From IMG/VR virus record IMGVR_UViG_3300046557_000242, positions 1,593-65,592 of that record: 64,000 nucleotides of DNA. One strand, 5' to 3'. A model generated the notes under the pieces. The model did no database searches, was not told the origin of the DNA, and was given only the letters and a program-made list of their open reading frames with translations. The translations under genes were made by a program, and so were the position numbers. Every line of letters starts with the position of its first letter. Position 1 is the first letter of the stretch. This DNA comes from a virus. Taxonomy: Duplodnaviria > Caudoviricetes. Of the stretch, positions 48,950-58,643 are shown in pieces.

Positions 48950-49447
48950 ATGGCGAGTTGGGATCATGACGACTTGCGCGACAAGTCGGGCACCACATTG
49001 GCAGAGGCCAACTGCAAGGGTGACATCAGCATCGGAAGCGGATGCCGAAAGTGCCCGCGCTGCAAGGAGCAGCTGAAGAAGATGGAGGGCATCTTCTTCG
49101 AAATCGGCGAGCTACCAGCGCAACAGGATCAGTGGGACGAGAAGATCCGCGGCAAGAAGATGTCCGACGCGACGGGCCGCGTGATCTTCAAATACCAGAT
49201 GCCGGTGCTGGAGCAGTTCACGATGCGGCTGCCGAAGGGCGCCGAGATCATCCGAATGCAGGACCAGGGCGGCATGTTCTGGCTGTGGGCGATGGTGCGG
49301 ACCGACGTTCCCGACGAGGAACGCAAATTCTGGGCGTTCAAGTGCGGCGGCAAGATCCCCGACGATCTGAACCTCCGCTACGTCGGCTTCTGCGCCGTGT
49401 TCGTCCAGCAGGAGCTGGGCCTCTACATCTTCGAGGAGATCGCCTGA
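48950..49447 (+). CDS. Conserved phage protein (IFKY...LP.GAEI...Q...LWA...Y.G...FE)
   Basis: GGAGG RBS; N-terminal CxxCxxC; possible internal start at 49160. Confidence 0.65.
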   Translation: MASWDHDDLRDKSGTTLAEANCKGDISIGSGCRKCPRCKEQLKKMEGIFFEIGELPAQQDQWDEKIRGKKMSDATGRVIFKYQMPVLEQFTMRLPKGAEIIRMQDQGGMFWLWAMVRTDVPDEERKFWAFKCGGKIPDDLNLRYVGFCAVFVQQELGLYIFEEIA

Positions 49448-50085
49448 TGGGACTGTACGGCACCGCACCTGTTGACCTGGGACTCATCAATCTCTCGCCG
49501 AAGGAGATGATGTTCTGGATGTACTGCCCGATCAAGCAGCCGGGCAACTACGGCGAAAATATCCCGGCGAACCTCGAACAGTTTCAGCCGATCGTCGACG
49601 AGGTGTTCCGCGACCTGCAACGCATCAGCGGTAACGTCGGACGCTGGATGGACAGCTACGTCTACCTGACAGCCAAGACGCTGTGGGTCTCGAAGGACAA
49701 CCCAGGCAATCGCCCGGGCTGGCACTCTGACGGCTTCATGACCGAGGATCTGAACTACATCTGGTCCGATCGGAACGGGACCGAGTTCTGGCAGCCGGCT
49801 GAGCTGATCGAGTTCACACAGGATCACCACGCCTCCCTGGCGGAGATGGAGGTCGCCTCCAGCGGCCCGATCGTGACCTATCCGGACAAGCATCTGCTGC
49901 GCTTGGACGAGTCCGTGATCCACCGCGTGGCCGAGAACTTCACGCCGGGAATGCGGACGTTCGTTAAGGTCTCCGTCTCAGAGCACCGCTACGACCTCGA
50001 AGGCAACTCGATCAACCACGCCTTCCCGAAGTGGGACTACGTGCCTCGCGGAGTCGAGCGTAATCACACGACATCGGAGGGGTGA
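49447..50085 (+). CDS. 2OG-Fe(II)-dioxygenase-like protein
   Basis: RPGWHSDG (HxD), VIHRV (H), RTFVK (R). Confidence 0.65.
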   Translation: MGLYGTAPVDLGLINLSPKEMMFWMYCPIKQPGNYGENIPANLEQFQPIVDEVFRDLQRISGNVGRWMDSYVYLTAKTLWVSKDNPGNRPGWHSDGFMTEDLNYIWSDRNGTEFWQPAELIEFTQDHHASLAEMEVASSGPIVTYPDKHLLRLDESVIHRVAENFTPGMRTFVKVSVSEHRYDLEGNSINHAFPKWDYVPRGVERNHTTSEG

Positions 50086-50357
50086 TGGGGATCCACATCA
50101 GCCTCTACCGCAACACCTGCGACGACCATCCGGAGTGGGACTTCTGCCGCCACTCCGGCGACAACCAATTCCCGGCCGTGCTCCGGAATTGCGAGACGAT
50201 CACGAAGCCGGGCGACGAGGACATGATCAGACCTGTCTTCGTGAACCAGCTACGCGCCGGCATCCGGGAGAGCAGCCTGGAGCAGCCCGATCGCTTTCTG
50301 CACCTCTGCGATCTGCTCGAACGCGACACCGACTACTGGATTTACTTCGGATTCTGA
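50082..50357 (+). CDS. Hypothetical protein
   Basis: Coupled ORF. Confidence 0.6.
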   Translation: MMGIHISLYRNTCDDHPEWDFCRHSGDNQFPAVLRNCETITKPGDEDMIRPVFVNQLRAGIRESSLEQPDRFLHLCDLLERDTDYWIYFGF

Positions 50358-50358
50358 C

Positions 50359-50733
50359 ATGCCAATTCGTTACCAGAAATTCATCAGGAGGCAGGACCTC
50401 CGCAACAACCGGGACACGTTCTACGTCTTCGGCGACAACATGCAGCGTGTCGGCTACGGCGGGCAGGCTCGAGAAATGCGTGGCGAGCCCAACGCGATCG
50501 GGGTCGTGACCAAGTGGGCGCCGAGCAACGACAACGTCGCCTTCTTCGATGACATGCCGGACTGCTTCGCCCAGGTCAGCTTCGATCTGGGACGTGTCCA
50601 GGGACTCCTGGACGCTGGCAAAACCATCGTGGTCCCGGAAGACGGGATCGGCACCGGCCTGGCGCAGTTGCCGCGCCGGGCTCCGAAGCTCGATGCCTTC
50701 ATCAAGGCCTGGTTCAAGGAGCGTGCAGCATGA
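50359..50733 (+). CDS. Conserved phage VFGDN-family protein
   Basis: YVFGDN...GGQA..MR.EPNAIG..TK...P.DGIGTGLA.L. Confidence 0.75.
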   Translation: MPIRYQKFIRRQDLRNNRDTFYVFGDNMQRVGYGGQAREMRGEPNAIGVVTKWAPSNDNVAFFDDMPDCFAQVSFDLGRVQGLLDAGKTIVVPEDGIGTGLAQLPRRAPKLDAFIKAWFKERAA

Positions 50734-50888
50734 AGTGGCTCTGCTGGATCATCGGACACTGGAATGTCTACGGGCCGTGGAGACGCGGTCAGCGCCACTG
50801 GCTGCGGGCGAACGCCTGCTGTCGCTGCGGGGAGCTGGACCACTGGCAAGTCTCCCGCACCAACTTCAAACCGTTGGATGTGTCATGA
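50730..50888 (+). CDS. Small Zn-ribbon protein
   Basis: LCWIIGHW...CCRCG; ATGA overlaps at both ends. Confidence 0.55.
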   Translation: MKWLCWIIGHWNVYGPWRRGQRHWLRANACCRCGELDHWQVSRTNFKPLDVS

Positions 50889-51136
50889 GCGGCTGGACCA
50901 GACACGACGATCGCAACGTCATGAGGGCTGAGGAGGTCAAGCACCGTTTCGGCAGGACGATGGGACGATGCCCCTTCTGCAAATCAGATTGGGTCGGACT
51001 CTACATGGGCCCGAACCCGCACGGCACCTGCCTCGAATGCGGCGCAGATGGCCCGCTGCCGAGGCGACAACGAACCGCGGACAACTATTACGAACGACAC
51101 TTCGCAGCTATCGATGGATGGAACTTAGCAGCATGA
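50885..51136 (+). CDS. Lar-family (restriction alleviation-like) Zn-ribbon protein
   Basis: CPFC...CLECGA.GP...AI..WN. Confidence 0.7.
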   Translation: MSGWTRHDDRNVMRAEEVKHRFGRTMGRCPFCKSDWVGLYMGPNPHGTCLECGADGPLPRRQRTADNYYERHFAAIDGWNLAA

Positions 51137-51414
51137 GAGAGACGGTTTACGGATATCCCCTCGTCGACGTGATCACGATCCTGGACTACCTGGGTTACGA
51201 GGTGCGCCACAAGACCGAGGCCAAGCGAAAGCTGGAGTTCGGGCGCTCTCACCCGCTGCCGCGTGGCGAGGAGGATTTCAAGAAGGAAGCCTTGGAGCGC
51301 ATCCGCCAACAAATCACCCTGGACGATCTGCGGTTCTCAACCGAGAAGCTCCGCGAGGCCGGGGACAGTTTCCTGCCGGACACGATCTCGCGGGCCACGT
51401 TGCGGATTTTCTAA
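51133..51414 (+). CDS. Hypothetical protein
   Basis: ATGA overlap; last + strand gene. Confidence 0.6.
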   Translation: MRETVYGYPLVDVITILDYLGYEVRHKTEAKRKLEFGRSHPLPRGEEDFKKEALERIRQQITLDDLRFSTEKLREAGDSFLPDTISRATLRIF

Positions 51415-51590
51415 AGGGTCTTGACCAGCTCTCGCACGTCGACCTGGGGCCGGTTGCTTCTGACCGGCCCTGTGGGCTTCAGCTCTCCGGTCGCGCGCTG
51501 GACGAAGATCTTGCCGATCTCGGCCCAGATTTGCTCCGGGGTGATCACCTCAGCGTCACCCCGTGTCAGCTTCATGTTAATGAGGCGCAT
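51411..51590 (-). CDS. Hypothetical protein (59 aa)
   Basis: GGAGAGGA RBS; stop overlaps the convergent gene's stop. Confidence 0.5.
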   Translation of the reverse strand: MRLINMKLTRGDAEVITPEQIWAEIGKIFVQRATGELKPTGPVRSNRPQVDVRELVKTL

Positions 51591-51865
51591 TTCCTCTCCA
51601 GTTCCTTATCCAATGCGTGGATCTGACGCCACATGTCCTCGATCCTCTTGAGGAGGATCTCCTTGGTGAGCTGCTCCGGCGGCTTCTCCGGCGTCGGGTC
51701 CGGCAGCGCGTATGCGCAGTCGGCGCAGATGACCGCCCGCTTGTCCCCGATGAACGTCTTGTCCTCCAGGTCCTTGCAGCCGGCGCCGTGACAGTGGTTC
51801 AGATAGCTCCCCGGCGCCCAGCCGAAGCGCTGGGGCCGCCTGTCTTCCTTCCAGGCCAGTGACAT
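51572..51865 (-). CDS. Zn-ribbon hypothetical protein
   Basis: APG.Y...C...C..FIGDKRA..CADCA. Confidence 0.65.
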   Translation of the reverse strand: MSLAWKEDRRPQRFGWAPGSYLNHCHGAGCKDLEDKTFIGDKRAVICADCAYALPDPTPEKPPEQLTKEILLKRIEDMWRQIHALDKELERKCASLT

Positions 51866-52545
51866 CAGCGTGCGAACCCGGTCGCCAGCGCCAGCCCTGC
51901 GGCTGCTGCAATGGCCTTCCGCGAGTTGGCGAAGCTGGTCAGCTGCGTCCTCTTGAAATGCTCGGCCATGGCCTTGTCCAGATCGGCGTAGAGCGTCTCC
52001 AGATCGCCGTCGTTGTGGATGACGAAGTCCGGCTTGATCAGGTCGATGCGCTCACTCGGATGCACTCCCCACATGATGCCGAACTTGTCGAACAGGAACT
52101 CGCCGAGCTTGTTCTTGAACTTCGCCGGGCGGGTGCCGGGGCGCTTGATCATGATGACCACGCCGCCGAGACCGCGGATCGCCGCTGACTCGTTCGGGAA
52201 GCGGACGGAGTCGTTCATTACGGACTCTCCATCTTTCACGCCGGCAGCCCAGGTGTTGGACCACAGGTCCTCGCCGATCAGCTGGCGTCCCCACTCGGTG
52301 CCCAGCGTGATCTGCGCGTAGCGCGAGGTGACGCCGAGGCACGGCACGACGGTCTCCTTGAGATCGCCCTCCAGGTAGCGGGTGATCTCGGCCGACTCCA
52401 TGCCGTTGGCCTGCATCAGCACCGCGAGCATGGCCCGCAGCGGCTCGGCGATGTGCTTGCGGCGCACGCCGTACTTCTTCTCCAGGTACAGAGCCGCCGT
52501 CGTCTTGCCCGACTGCGCGAAACCCGAGAGACCGATAACCGTCAT
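51865..52545 (-). CDS. Deoxynucleoside monophosphate kinase
   Basis: GLSGFAQSGKTT, LGTEWGR, VRFPNE, HPSE, I.NDG. Confidence 0.88.
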   Translation of the reverse strand: MTVIGLSGFAQSGKTTAALYLEKKYGVRRKHIAEPLRAMLAVLMQANGMESAEITRYLEGDLKETVVPCLGVTSRYAQITLGTEWGRQLIGEDLWSNTWAAGVKDGESVMNDSVRFPNESAAIRGLGGVVIMIKRPGTRPAKFKNKLGEFLFDKFGIMWGVHPSERIDLIKPDFVIHNDGDLETLYADLDKAMAEHFKRTQLTSFANSRKAIAAAAGLALATGFAR

Positions 52546-52560
52546 TTGCAATTCCTTCCT

Positions 52561-52574
52561 TTGCATTCAAACAA
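52561..52574 (-). promoter_or_regulatory. TTGC-box variant
   Basis: Reverse complement TTGTTTGAATGCAA. Confidence 0.75.
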
Positions 52575-52578
52575 GCGT

Positions 52579-53043
52579 TCAGGCAGCGAGCAGCTGCCGC
52601 GTCAGATCGATGGCGTCCCACAGCGTGGTGACGCGGTAGCCGATGATGTGGTTGACCATCGCGTGCTCGTGCGGATTCGAGCCGTCATCTTCCATGGCCA
52701 CCACGATCGGGATGCCCTGAGAATCGGCCCAGGCCAGCTCAAGCACGGTGCCGATCGAGACCTTCGTGGCGCCCAGCAGGTTGACCAGCAGCACGTCGCA
52801 GCGCATCGCGTCCCAGCGGTCCCGGACCGTGAGGCCCTTTGGCGTTGACATCGGCGACTTCAGCCGCTCGGTCTCCTTTGCGGCGTCGGTGAACACACCG
52901 ATCGCCTTCATGTGCTCCTGCTCGCGCAGGGGGGAGAGCCCCTTGATCCCGAACTGCGAGAGTTCCGCTTTCGCGTACTCCCGCCAGTCGGTGGCGCCTT
53001 CGAAGTTCAGACCTGAGATCGGGCCGGCGAGATAGACGAGCAT
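52579..53043 (-). CDS. Nucleoside 2-deoxyribosyltransferase-family protein
   Basis: VYLAGPI, WR, RD...CD, SIGTVLELAWA. Confidence 0.85.
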   Translation of the reverse strand: MLVYLAGPISGLNFEGATDWREYAKAELSQFGIKGLSPLREQEHMKAIGVFTDAAKETERLKSPMSTPKGLTVRDRWDAMRCDVLLVNLLGATKVSIGTVLELAWADSQGIPIVVAMEDDGSNPHEHAMVNHIIGYRVTTLWDAIDLTRQLLAA

Positions 53044-53057
53044 TGAAGCCTCCTTAT

Positions 53058-53071
53058 TTGCATTCATGCAA
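53058..53071 (-). promoter_or_regulatory. TTGC-box
   Basis: Reverse complement TTGCATGAATGCAA. Confidence 0.8.
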
Positions 53072-53075
53072 GCGA

Positions 53076-55037
53076 TCAGGCAGCCAAAGACCGTGCGGGC
53101 ACCCGCACGACCCGGCGTCCCGGACGCCACTTGCCCTTCTGCATCGTGAGCAGCGAGCGCTTCCCGTCCGGATACTGAATGGTCACGGTGACCGCCCAGC
53201 CCGACAGGCCCTTGTTGTAGCCGTGGCGCAGGTTCATGACGCCGGAGACGTACACGCCCTCCATGATCTCGGGGCTGTGTTTGTCACCGATCGACATCTT
53301 GCGGCCGGCCTTGGCGAAGCCGTTCACGGTGCCACGAGCGCCGTTCGCGCCGCGGAAGCCGTGGTTGCCGACCTCGATGCCGTCGATCAGGTAGCTGTAT
53401 CCATCGACGCACCACTCCACCAAGCCACCCAGCTCGGGCCGCTTGAGGCGCACGGCGTGCTCCAGCAACGAGAACCGCGGCAGCGGCATGTCGTTGTCCA
53501 GCGCGTAGGAACGCTGCTCGACGTAGTTGAGGTAGGCATCCTCCAGCTTGAGTCCGTAGCGGACGTTCGTGCCGTCCATACGGTACCTGCCCTCGCGAGC
53601 GTACTTCTCCAGCGCCAGATCGTGGTTGCCCTCGGCTATGATCGCCTTGCGGTTCTCACGAGCCAGCAGCGACAGGAAGTCACCCACGCCCTCGACCTCG
53701 TTCTCCACGCTGTCACGGCCACGAATGGCCATCTCGTAGCTGTGGGCGTTGTCGTGGATGTGGTGGTGGTTCCTCGCCTCGTTGTCGAAGATGTCGTGCA
53801 GGATGATGTTCTCGGGATCGAGAACGTCCACCAAGCTGTTGCGGAGCTGCGCCTTTCCGCCACGCATGTCCCATCCGAAGATGGCCATGCAGTTGGTCTG
53901 GTCGATCTTGCGGACGTGGATGTCCGGCATGGTGACAGCCTTGACGCGATGGCCGACCGTGACCTCGGCGTTCGCCACGTAGGCGTCGAGGTCGTAGAAC
54001 GAGCCGTCGTCGTCGTTCGCCGTGATCTGCCGGCAGAAGATGTCGCCATCCTCGTCGAACTGAACCACGGTGGCGCCGATGATCTGGTGGAAGATCGACT
54101 TCACGCCCGCCTTGCGGGGGATGATCTTCGGTCGCGTGCAGGCGCCCGACGTCATGACCTGGTGGGCCTGGATCGTCGGATCGGTGGACGGGACGGACTT
54201 CAGCTGGCGCTTGGCGTGCGGAAACACGGCCCAGCGGCCCCGGCTGTACGTCACCAGGTCGGAGATCGGCTGCGACGCGGTCGGCAGCGTGTTCATCTCG
54301 CCGCAGAACACGAAGTTGTCGCCGATCTTCATCTGGCCAAAGCACAGGTGCTCAGCCAGCTCGGGGGCGTACTCGCGCGCCTGCGGGTCGTTCTCGGACC
54401 ACCACTGCGTCTCGTAGGTCCAGGGGCCGACGATGATCTCGGCGTCGATGTAGGCTGCATAGGCCTGCAGATTGACCCAGAACTCCTCATGGAGGAGAGC
54501 GTCATTCTGCGCGCCCGTGAAGATGAAGTTCCGGTTGCGGGAGTCCTTGATGGCGTCGACCTTCAGGGTGTCGACCATCCAGGTCCGCGGCCGGCCTTCC
54601 TTCTCCACGTAGCGACGGTGCTTCTGCGACCAGGTACGCAGCATCGGCGTGTCGACGATGACGGCATCCGGGTTGATGACGGGGTATTTCGATCGGGTGA
54701 TGAGTTCGGTAACCTCGGCCGAGAGCGTCTTCGCCCGGATCAGCGGGTCGACTTCTTCGGCGGACAGTTCTTCGCCACCTGAGGTGACGGTAGCCTTGGG
54801 CTCAGGCGGAACGTACAGCGACCAGTCGATCGCGAAGTTCTCTTTGCGCTTGCGCTTCAGCGCCTCTTCAGCGCGAACCCAGTTCGGATAGTTCAGTCCT
54901 TCGACGCGCTCCGCGGTTTTGGTCGCGGAGGCAATGCCTCCACGCGAGCCCTGCGGGTGATAGCCCTGCTTCAGCAGATCTTCGATGACCTGCTTTCTGC
55001 GAGCGCGTTCTTCGGTAGCGAGCGGTTGAAAAGTCAT
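53076..55037 (-). CDS. Large calcineurin-like metallophosphoesterase-domain protein
   Basis: PDIH, LHD.FD, GNHD, HG, HSP motifs; N-terminal T.AQN. Confidence 0.8.
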   Translation of the reverse strand: MTFQPLATEERARRKQVIEDLLKQGYHPQGSRGGIASATKTAERVEGLNYPNWVRAEEALKRKRKENFAIDWSLYVPPEPKATVTSGGEELSAEEVDPLIRAKTLSAEVTELITRSKYPVINPDAVIVDTPMLRTWSQKHRRYVEKEGRPRTWMVDTLKVDAIKDSRNRNFIFTGAQNDALLHEEFWVNLQAYAAYIDAEIIVGPWTYETQWWSENDPQAREYAPELAEHLCFGQMKIGDNFVFCGEMNTLPTASQPISDLVTYSRGRWAVFPHAKRQLKSVPSTDPTIQAHQVMTSGACTRPKIIPRKAGVKSIFHQIIGATVVQFDEDGDIFCRQITANDDDGSFYDLDAYVANAEVTVGHRVKAVTMPDIHVRKIDQTNCMAIFGWDMRGGKAQLRNSLVDVLDPENIILHDIFDNEARNHHHIHDNAHSYEMAIRGRDSVENEVEGVGDFLSLLARENRKAIIAEGNHDLALEKYAREGRYRMDGTNVRYGLKLEDAYLNYVEQRSYALDNDMPLPRFSLLEHAVRLKRPELGGLVEWCVDGYSYLIDGIEVGNHGFRGANGARGTVNGFAKAGRKMSIGDKHSPEIMEGVYVSGVMNLRHGYNKGLSGWAVTVTIQYPDGKRSLLTMQKGKWRPGRRVVRVPARSLAA

Positions 55038-55119
55038 TTTGCCCTGTGGTTGGTTGGGAACCCGGAACCACGAGGGAGTGCCTACCCCCGAGATTTCGGC
55101 CTCGGGGATAGCACAGAAT

Positions 55120-55133
55120 TTGCATTCGTGCAA
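55120..55133 (-). promoter_or_regulatory. TTGC-box
   Basis: Reverse complement TTGCACGAATGCAA. Confidence 0.75.
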
Positions 55134-55157
55134 ATTTACGGATGCAAACGGTAGCGG

Positions 55158-55502
55158 TCAAGCCTTATTTTGAGACAGCTTGATCATGTCCACCATTCGG
55201 TTGACGATGAGGTCTGGCATCTTCATGACCTGCTCGGACAAGCCGTCGATCCGCTCCGTCAGTCGGGCCTCGATCGAGCGCACGGTATCCCAGGAGGCGT
55301 ACTCCTCGGCAACCTTGAGCTTGAAGTCGTTGAGGGCCTTCTCGGCCTCTTCTGCTTTCTTGGCTGCGGCAGTCCCGGAAGCCTTGGCGTCAGCAACACC
55401 AGCGGTGATCTTGCCTTCGACCCGGTACCAGACGCCGGAGAAAATTCCGAAGAGGACTCCGAACGGCCCGATGTAGGGCAGCATGTCGGAAAATTCGGAC
55501 AT
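55158..55502 (-). CDS. Single-TM coiled-coil protein at end of lysis cassette (holin/antiholin candidate)
   Basis: N-terminal TM; TAATG overlap with o-spanin. Confidence 0.6.
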   Translation of the reverse strand: MSEFSDMLPYIGPFGVLFGIFSGVWYRVEGKITAGVADAKASGTAAAKKAEEAEKALNDFKLKVAEEYASWDTVRSIEARLTERIDGLSEQVMKMPDLIVNRMVDMIKLSQNKA

Positions 55503-55798
55503 TAGAGGTAGCCTTCCGTTTCTGCTCGATCGAGCAGGGCCATACAGGCCTTGGTGTCTTCGATGTTGGTGTTCGCGTTGATCAGAGCCTGCCGGTACCG
55601 GGCCAACACAGCGCGGGAGTCCATGCCGGCCTTGATGGGCGGCAGTTCGACCGTCTGTGCGACCTTGAGGCACGGCGTGACGTCCATCCGGGCTTCGAGC
55701 GGGACTCGATTACCGGATGTTTGACAGGCTGCGAGCATCAGCGGGAGACAGCACATGACTGCCACCCTTCGCAGGCCGGTGAGCCAGCTTCGCTTCAT
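55502..55798 (-). CDS. o-spanin (Rz1-like lipoprotein)
   Basis: Lipobox LAAC; overlaps i-spanin 3' end. Confidence 0.7.
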   Translation of the reverse strand: MKRSWLTGLRRVAVMCCLPLMLAACQTSGNRVPLEARMDVTPCLKVAQTVELPPIKAGMDSRAVLARYRQALINANTNIEDTKACMALLDRAETEGYL

Positions 55799-56201
55799 AG
55801 TCCTTGACCTTTTTTTCGAGTTTGGCTTTCGCCTCTTCGGACTCAGCGAGCTGGCTTTTCAGCTCGTCTGCGCGCTGATCGGCTGCGCTGTCGTCCGGAC
55901 ACTGCGGGTGACGGGTCTCTTTCGGACCATTGCACTGCCAATAGGGGATCTCGGGCTGCGGGGCCGGTTTGGCCGCCCTCTCGTCAGCTTGAGCGAGATC
56001 TTCTTTGAGCTGCCGGACCTGAGCCTTCAGGTCGGCTTTGCCAGCGGCACCCAGGTGATGGGCGTAGCCGGCGACAACGGCGAGGACGAGCAGGGCCGCG
56101 ATGGCCTTGCCCTTCCAGCCGGTGAACAGTCCCTGGGCTCTCGCCCAATAGAACGTGACCGCAGCCCGGAAGGCGGCGGCTTTCTCCAATGCGTTATCCA
56201 A
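55710..56201 (-). CDS. i-spanin (Rz-like)
   Basis: One TM then coiled coils; follows endolysin. Confidence 0.7.
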   Translation of the reverse strand: MDNALEKAAAFRAAVTFYWARAQGLFTGWKGKAIAALLVLAVVAGYAHHLGAAGKADLKAQVRQLKEDLAQADERAAKPAPQPEIPYWQCNGPKETRHPQCPDDSAADQRADELKSQLAESEEAKAKLEKKVKDYEAKLAHRPAKGGSHVLSPADARSLSNIR

Positions 56202-57366
56202 GATGGACTCCAGTCTGATGGTCTTGCAGGCGATGCTTGATGACGTCGCCGTAGAGCTTCCAGGTGACGAACCCGACCGCGATCACACCGACCCACCAGT
56301 AGGGAGCCAGCGCGCTCGCGAGATTGTGGACGCTGTCCATGATCCCCTGGAACTGCTGGACCTTGTCGACCATGCCCTGCGCCTTATCGAGCATGCCGCT
56401 CTGCTGAGCGCCGCCGAGAGCGCCAGCACCGACCATGATCTTCGACATCAGCGAACCCTTGTCGGCCGTGGCGACCGTCTGCGAGCCCGCGGAGCGCAGG
56501 TCGTCAACGGTTGCGGAGGCTCGCTCGGGAGCGATCTCGCGCTTGTCCTCGGTCTTGTCGAGGATGGCCGTGGTCTCGTCGTTCGGGTGGCCGGTGATCT
56601 TCAGGCCCTCGCGCCGCTGGAATGCGGAGCAGGCGCCCGTGGTCAGGTCACCCCACTCGCCGTCGACCTTGCCGATGCTGAACCCCAGCTCCTTCAGCTT
56701 GGTCTGATAGACCAGCGTGATGGTCTTACCGGGCTTGGGATAGAACTCGCCGCTCGCGATCTGACCGAGCCGGCGCTCCCAGCGCTCGTCCGCAGTCTTC
56801 ATGCGGGTGTCGTAGTTGTTCTGCTTGTAGCCGGCGCCGTTGTAGCCGCGGGCGAACGAAGCGAAGTTCTTGGCCACCAGGAACTTGTCCAGGTGGTTCA
56901 CGGAAATCTCGCGGACCAGCGCATCGACCTGCTCGGCGATGCCCTTCGACAACTCCTCGACCATCGCGGTCGCGTTGGGATAGTGCAGACTCTCGGCATT
57001 GAAGCCCATGGTCTGACCGAGACCCCAAGACGCCGCACGGTTGGCGACCTCCTCGTCGATCGCGCGAGCCTTGGCGATGACATTGAGCCGGCCGGCCGAC
57101 GTGCCCTGATCCTTGTACTGGGTGTTGCGGCTCCACTTCGGGATCGCCAGACCCGCCATGATGGCGGCCTTCAGCTTGCTCGGCTGATGCTTCGTGAGTT
57201 CCGAATAGAACTTGTGACGCTCGAACAGCAGCGAGGGCGTGTGGTTGTCCTGTTCGAACGGCTTGCCGGACGTCTCGCATTCCACGACCGCAAGCAGGGC
57301 AGACGCGGGCCAACCCTTGGCCTTCGCCGCCTGCACGATGGCGTCGATGATCTCTTGACTGAACAT
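56194..57366 (-). CDS. Endolysin: DUF3380 N-acetylmuramidase + PG-binding domain + C-terminal hydrophobic segments
   Basis: LFERH.F, SWGLGQ.MGFN, FARGYNG..Y, Q..L..LGF..G.VDG.WG..T. Confidence 0.9.
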   Translation of the reverse strand: MFSQEIIDAIVQAAKAKGWPASALLAVVECETSGKPFEQDNHTPSLLFERHKFYSELTKHQPSKLKAAIMAGLAIPKWSRNTQYKDQGTSAGRLNVIAKARAIDEEVANRAASWGLGQTMGFNAESLHYPNATAMVEELSKGIAEQVDALVREISVNHLDKFLVAKNFASFARGYNGAGYKQNNYDTRMKTADERWERRLGQIASGEFYPKPGKTITLVYQTKLKELGFSIGKVDGEWGDLTTGACSAFQRREGLKITGHPNDETTAILDKTEDKREIAPERASATVDDLRSAGSQTVATADKGSLMSKIMVGAGALGGAQQSGMLDKAQGMVDKVQQFQGIMDSVHNLASALAPYWWVGVIAVGFVTWKLYGDVIKHRLQDHQTGVHLG

Positions 57367-57381
57367 GTGATACTCGTTGGT

Positions 57382-58557
57382 TTACTGGGTGAAGCCGCCC
57401 TGATTGATGGCGTCGATGTCGCTCTGCGACAGATCCCAGCGATTGACGTCGGGGTGGAGACGCAGATATTCGCCGAGCGTTTCGCCCGGGCCTGGCGTCA
57501 TGAACTCCTTGGATGCTTCCTCGTAATTCGAGCCGTCACCCGGCGCCTTGCATTCCATCTGGGACTTGATGCCGGTGCTCTTGACGTAGGTGTGGGTGAC
57601 TTTGTCGATGACGTATGAGCCGTTGATTCCGTCCCGCATGCCGGTTACGAGCAGCGTCTGCTGATCCCTGATCCAAGGATCTCCCTTGGCGAGGTCAAAC
57701 GTTGCCTGAACCTCGGCACGCTTGAAGTTCTCCGCCTGAGACGAAGCCGCAGCCTTTGCCTCAGCCTCGGAGTTGAAGAGCTGGCCGATGTTGAACGCGC
57801 CGCCGAACTTCTTCGCCAGACCGACGCCGCCATCTCCGCTGGTGATAGCCGAGCCCACCCATTTGCGGACCATCTCGTCCTTGTCGAAGTACGACGCCTT
57901 GACCTCGCCGTAGCCCGGCTTGCTGGTGTATCGGACGTTCCAGGTGCCGAAGTGCTCCGGGTGCAGCACGAGCGTCGGCAGCACCGTTCCGCTTGCGGTA
58001 GCGGCACCGTCACGCTTGACGAACATCAGCTTGCCGTCGACGACCTTGGCCACAGCGCCAGTGAGACGCTCCAGCTCGTGGATCATGTGAAGGTTGCTGG
58101 TGATCTGGTTCTTGAAGGGGATCTGGATGTCCGAAAGACCGCCGGAGATTGCCGTTCCGAGACCGGTCTGACCTGCCATGTGGCCGAGGATCTGACCAAC
58201 GGTGAAGTTGGCGAACTCCCGGATCGCTGGAGCTTTCTGAATGTCGCTCGATCCGGTGGACTTGCCGACCATCTTGATGTTCCTCGGCGGTCCAAGGAAC
58301 GAGACGTCATCGATCTCGAAGGTGCCCATGTAGGCGAGGCCGACCTCTTCGTAGCCGAGCCAGATCTGAAGATCTTCTCCGACCAGCGGCCGGGATACCC
58401 TCCAGTCGCGATCGTCGACGAGGATCGTGCATTGGTCGTCGTTGCCGTTGCCGGACTGGAGATCGACCCTGATCTGGAGAGTCCGGTCGTTGAGCCGGCC
58501 CGTGATGTCCTCCGCGCCTTTGTAGACCTGGAAGATCGGGGTGTAGCCGGTGGTCAC
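57382..58557 (-). CDS. Phage late control D / baseplate hub protein (P2 gpD-like)
   Basis: DIT..L, D..G...D, WLGY...L.YMG.F.ID, Q..S. Confidence 0.82.
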   Translation of the reverse strand: MTTGYTPIFQVYKGAEDITGRLNDRTLQIRVDLQSGNGNDDQCTILVDDRDWRVSRPLVGEDLQIWLGYEEVGLAYMGTFEIDDVSFLGPPRNIKMVGKSTGSSDIQKAPAIREFANFTVGQILGHMAGQTGLGTAISGGLSDIQIPFKNQITSNLHMIHELERLTGAVAKVVDGKLMFVKRDGAATASGTVLPTLVLHPEHFGTWNVRYTSKPGYGEVKASYFDKDEMVRKWVGSAITSGDGGVGLAKKFGGAFNIGQLFNSEAEAKAAASSQAENFKRAEVQATFDLAKGDPWIRDQQTLLVTGMRDGINGSYVIDKVTHTYVKSTGIKSQMECKAPGDGSNYEEASKEFMTPGPGETLGEYLRLHPDVNRWDLSQSDIDAINQGGFTQ

Positions 58558-58568
58558 GCATGCCTCCT

Positions 58569-58598
58569 AAAAACAAAAGGCCGCCCCGAAGGACGGCC
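58569..58598 (-). terminator. Intrinsic terminator between tail X and gpD
   Basis: Reverse complement GGCCGTCC-TTCG-GGGCGGCC-TTTTGTTTTT. Confidence 0.75.
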
Positions 58599-58600
58599 AG

Positions 58601-58643
58601 ATACGCGATCGCGTATAATTTCGGTTTATACGCAAGTGCGTAT
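58601..58643. repeat. Pair of 16-bp palindromes ATACGC-N4-GCGTAT
   Basis: 58601-58616 and 58628-58643. Confidence 0.7.
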
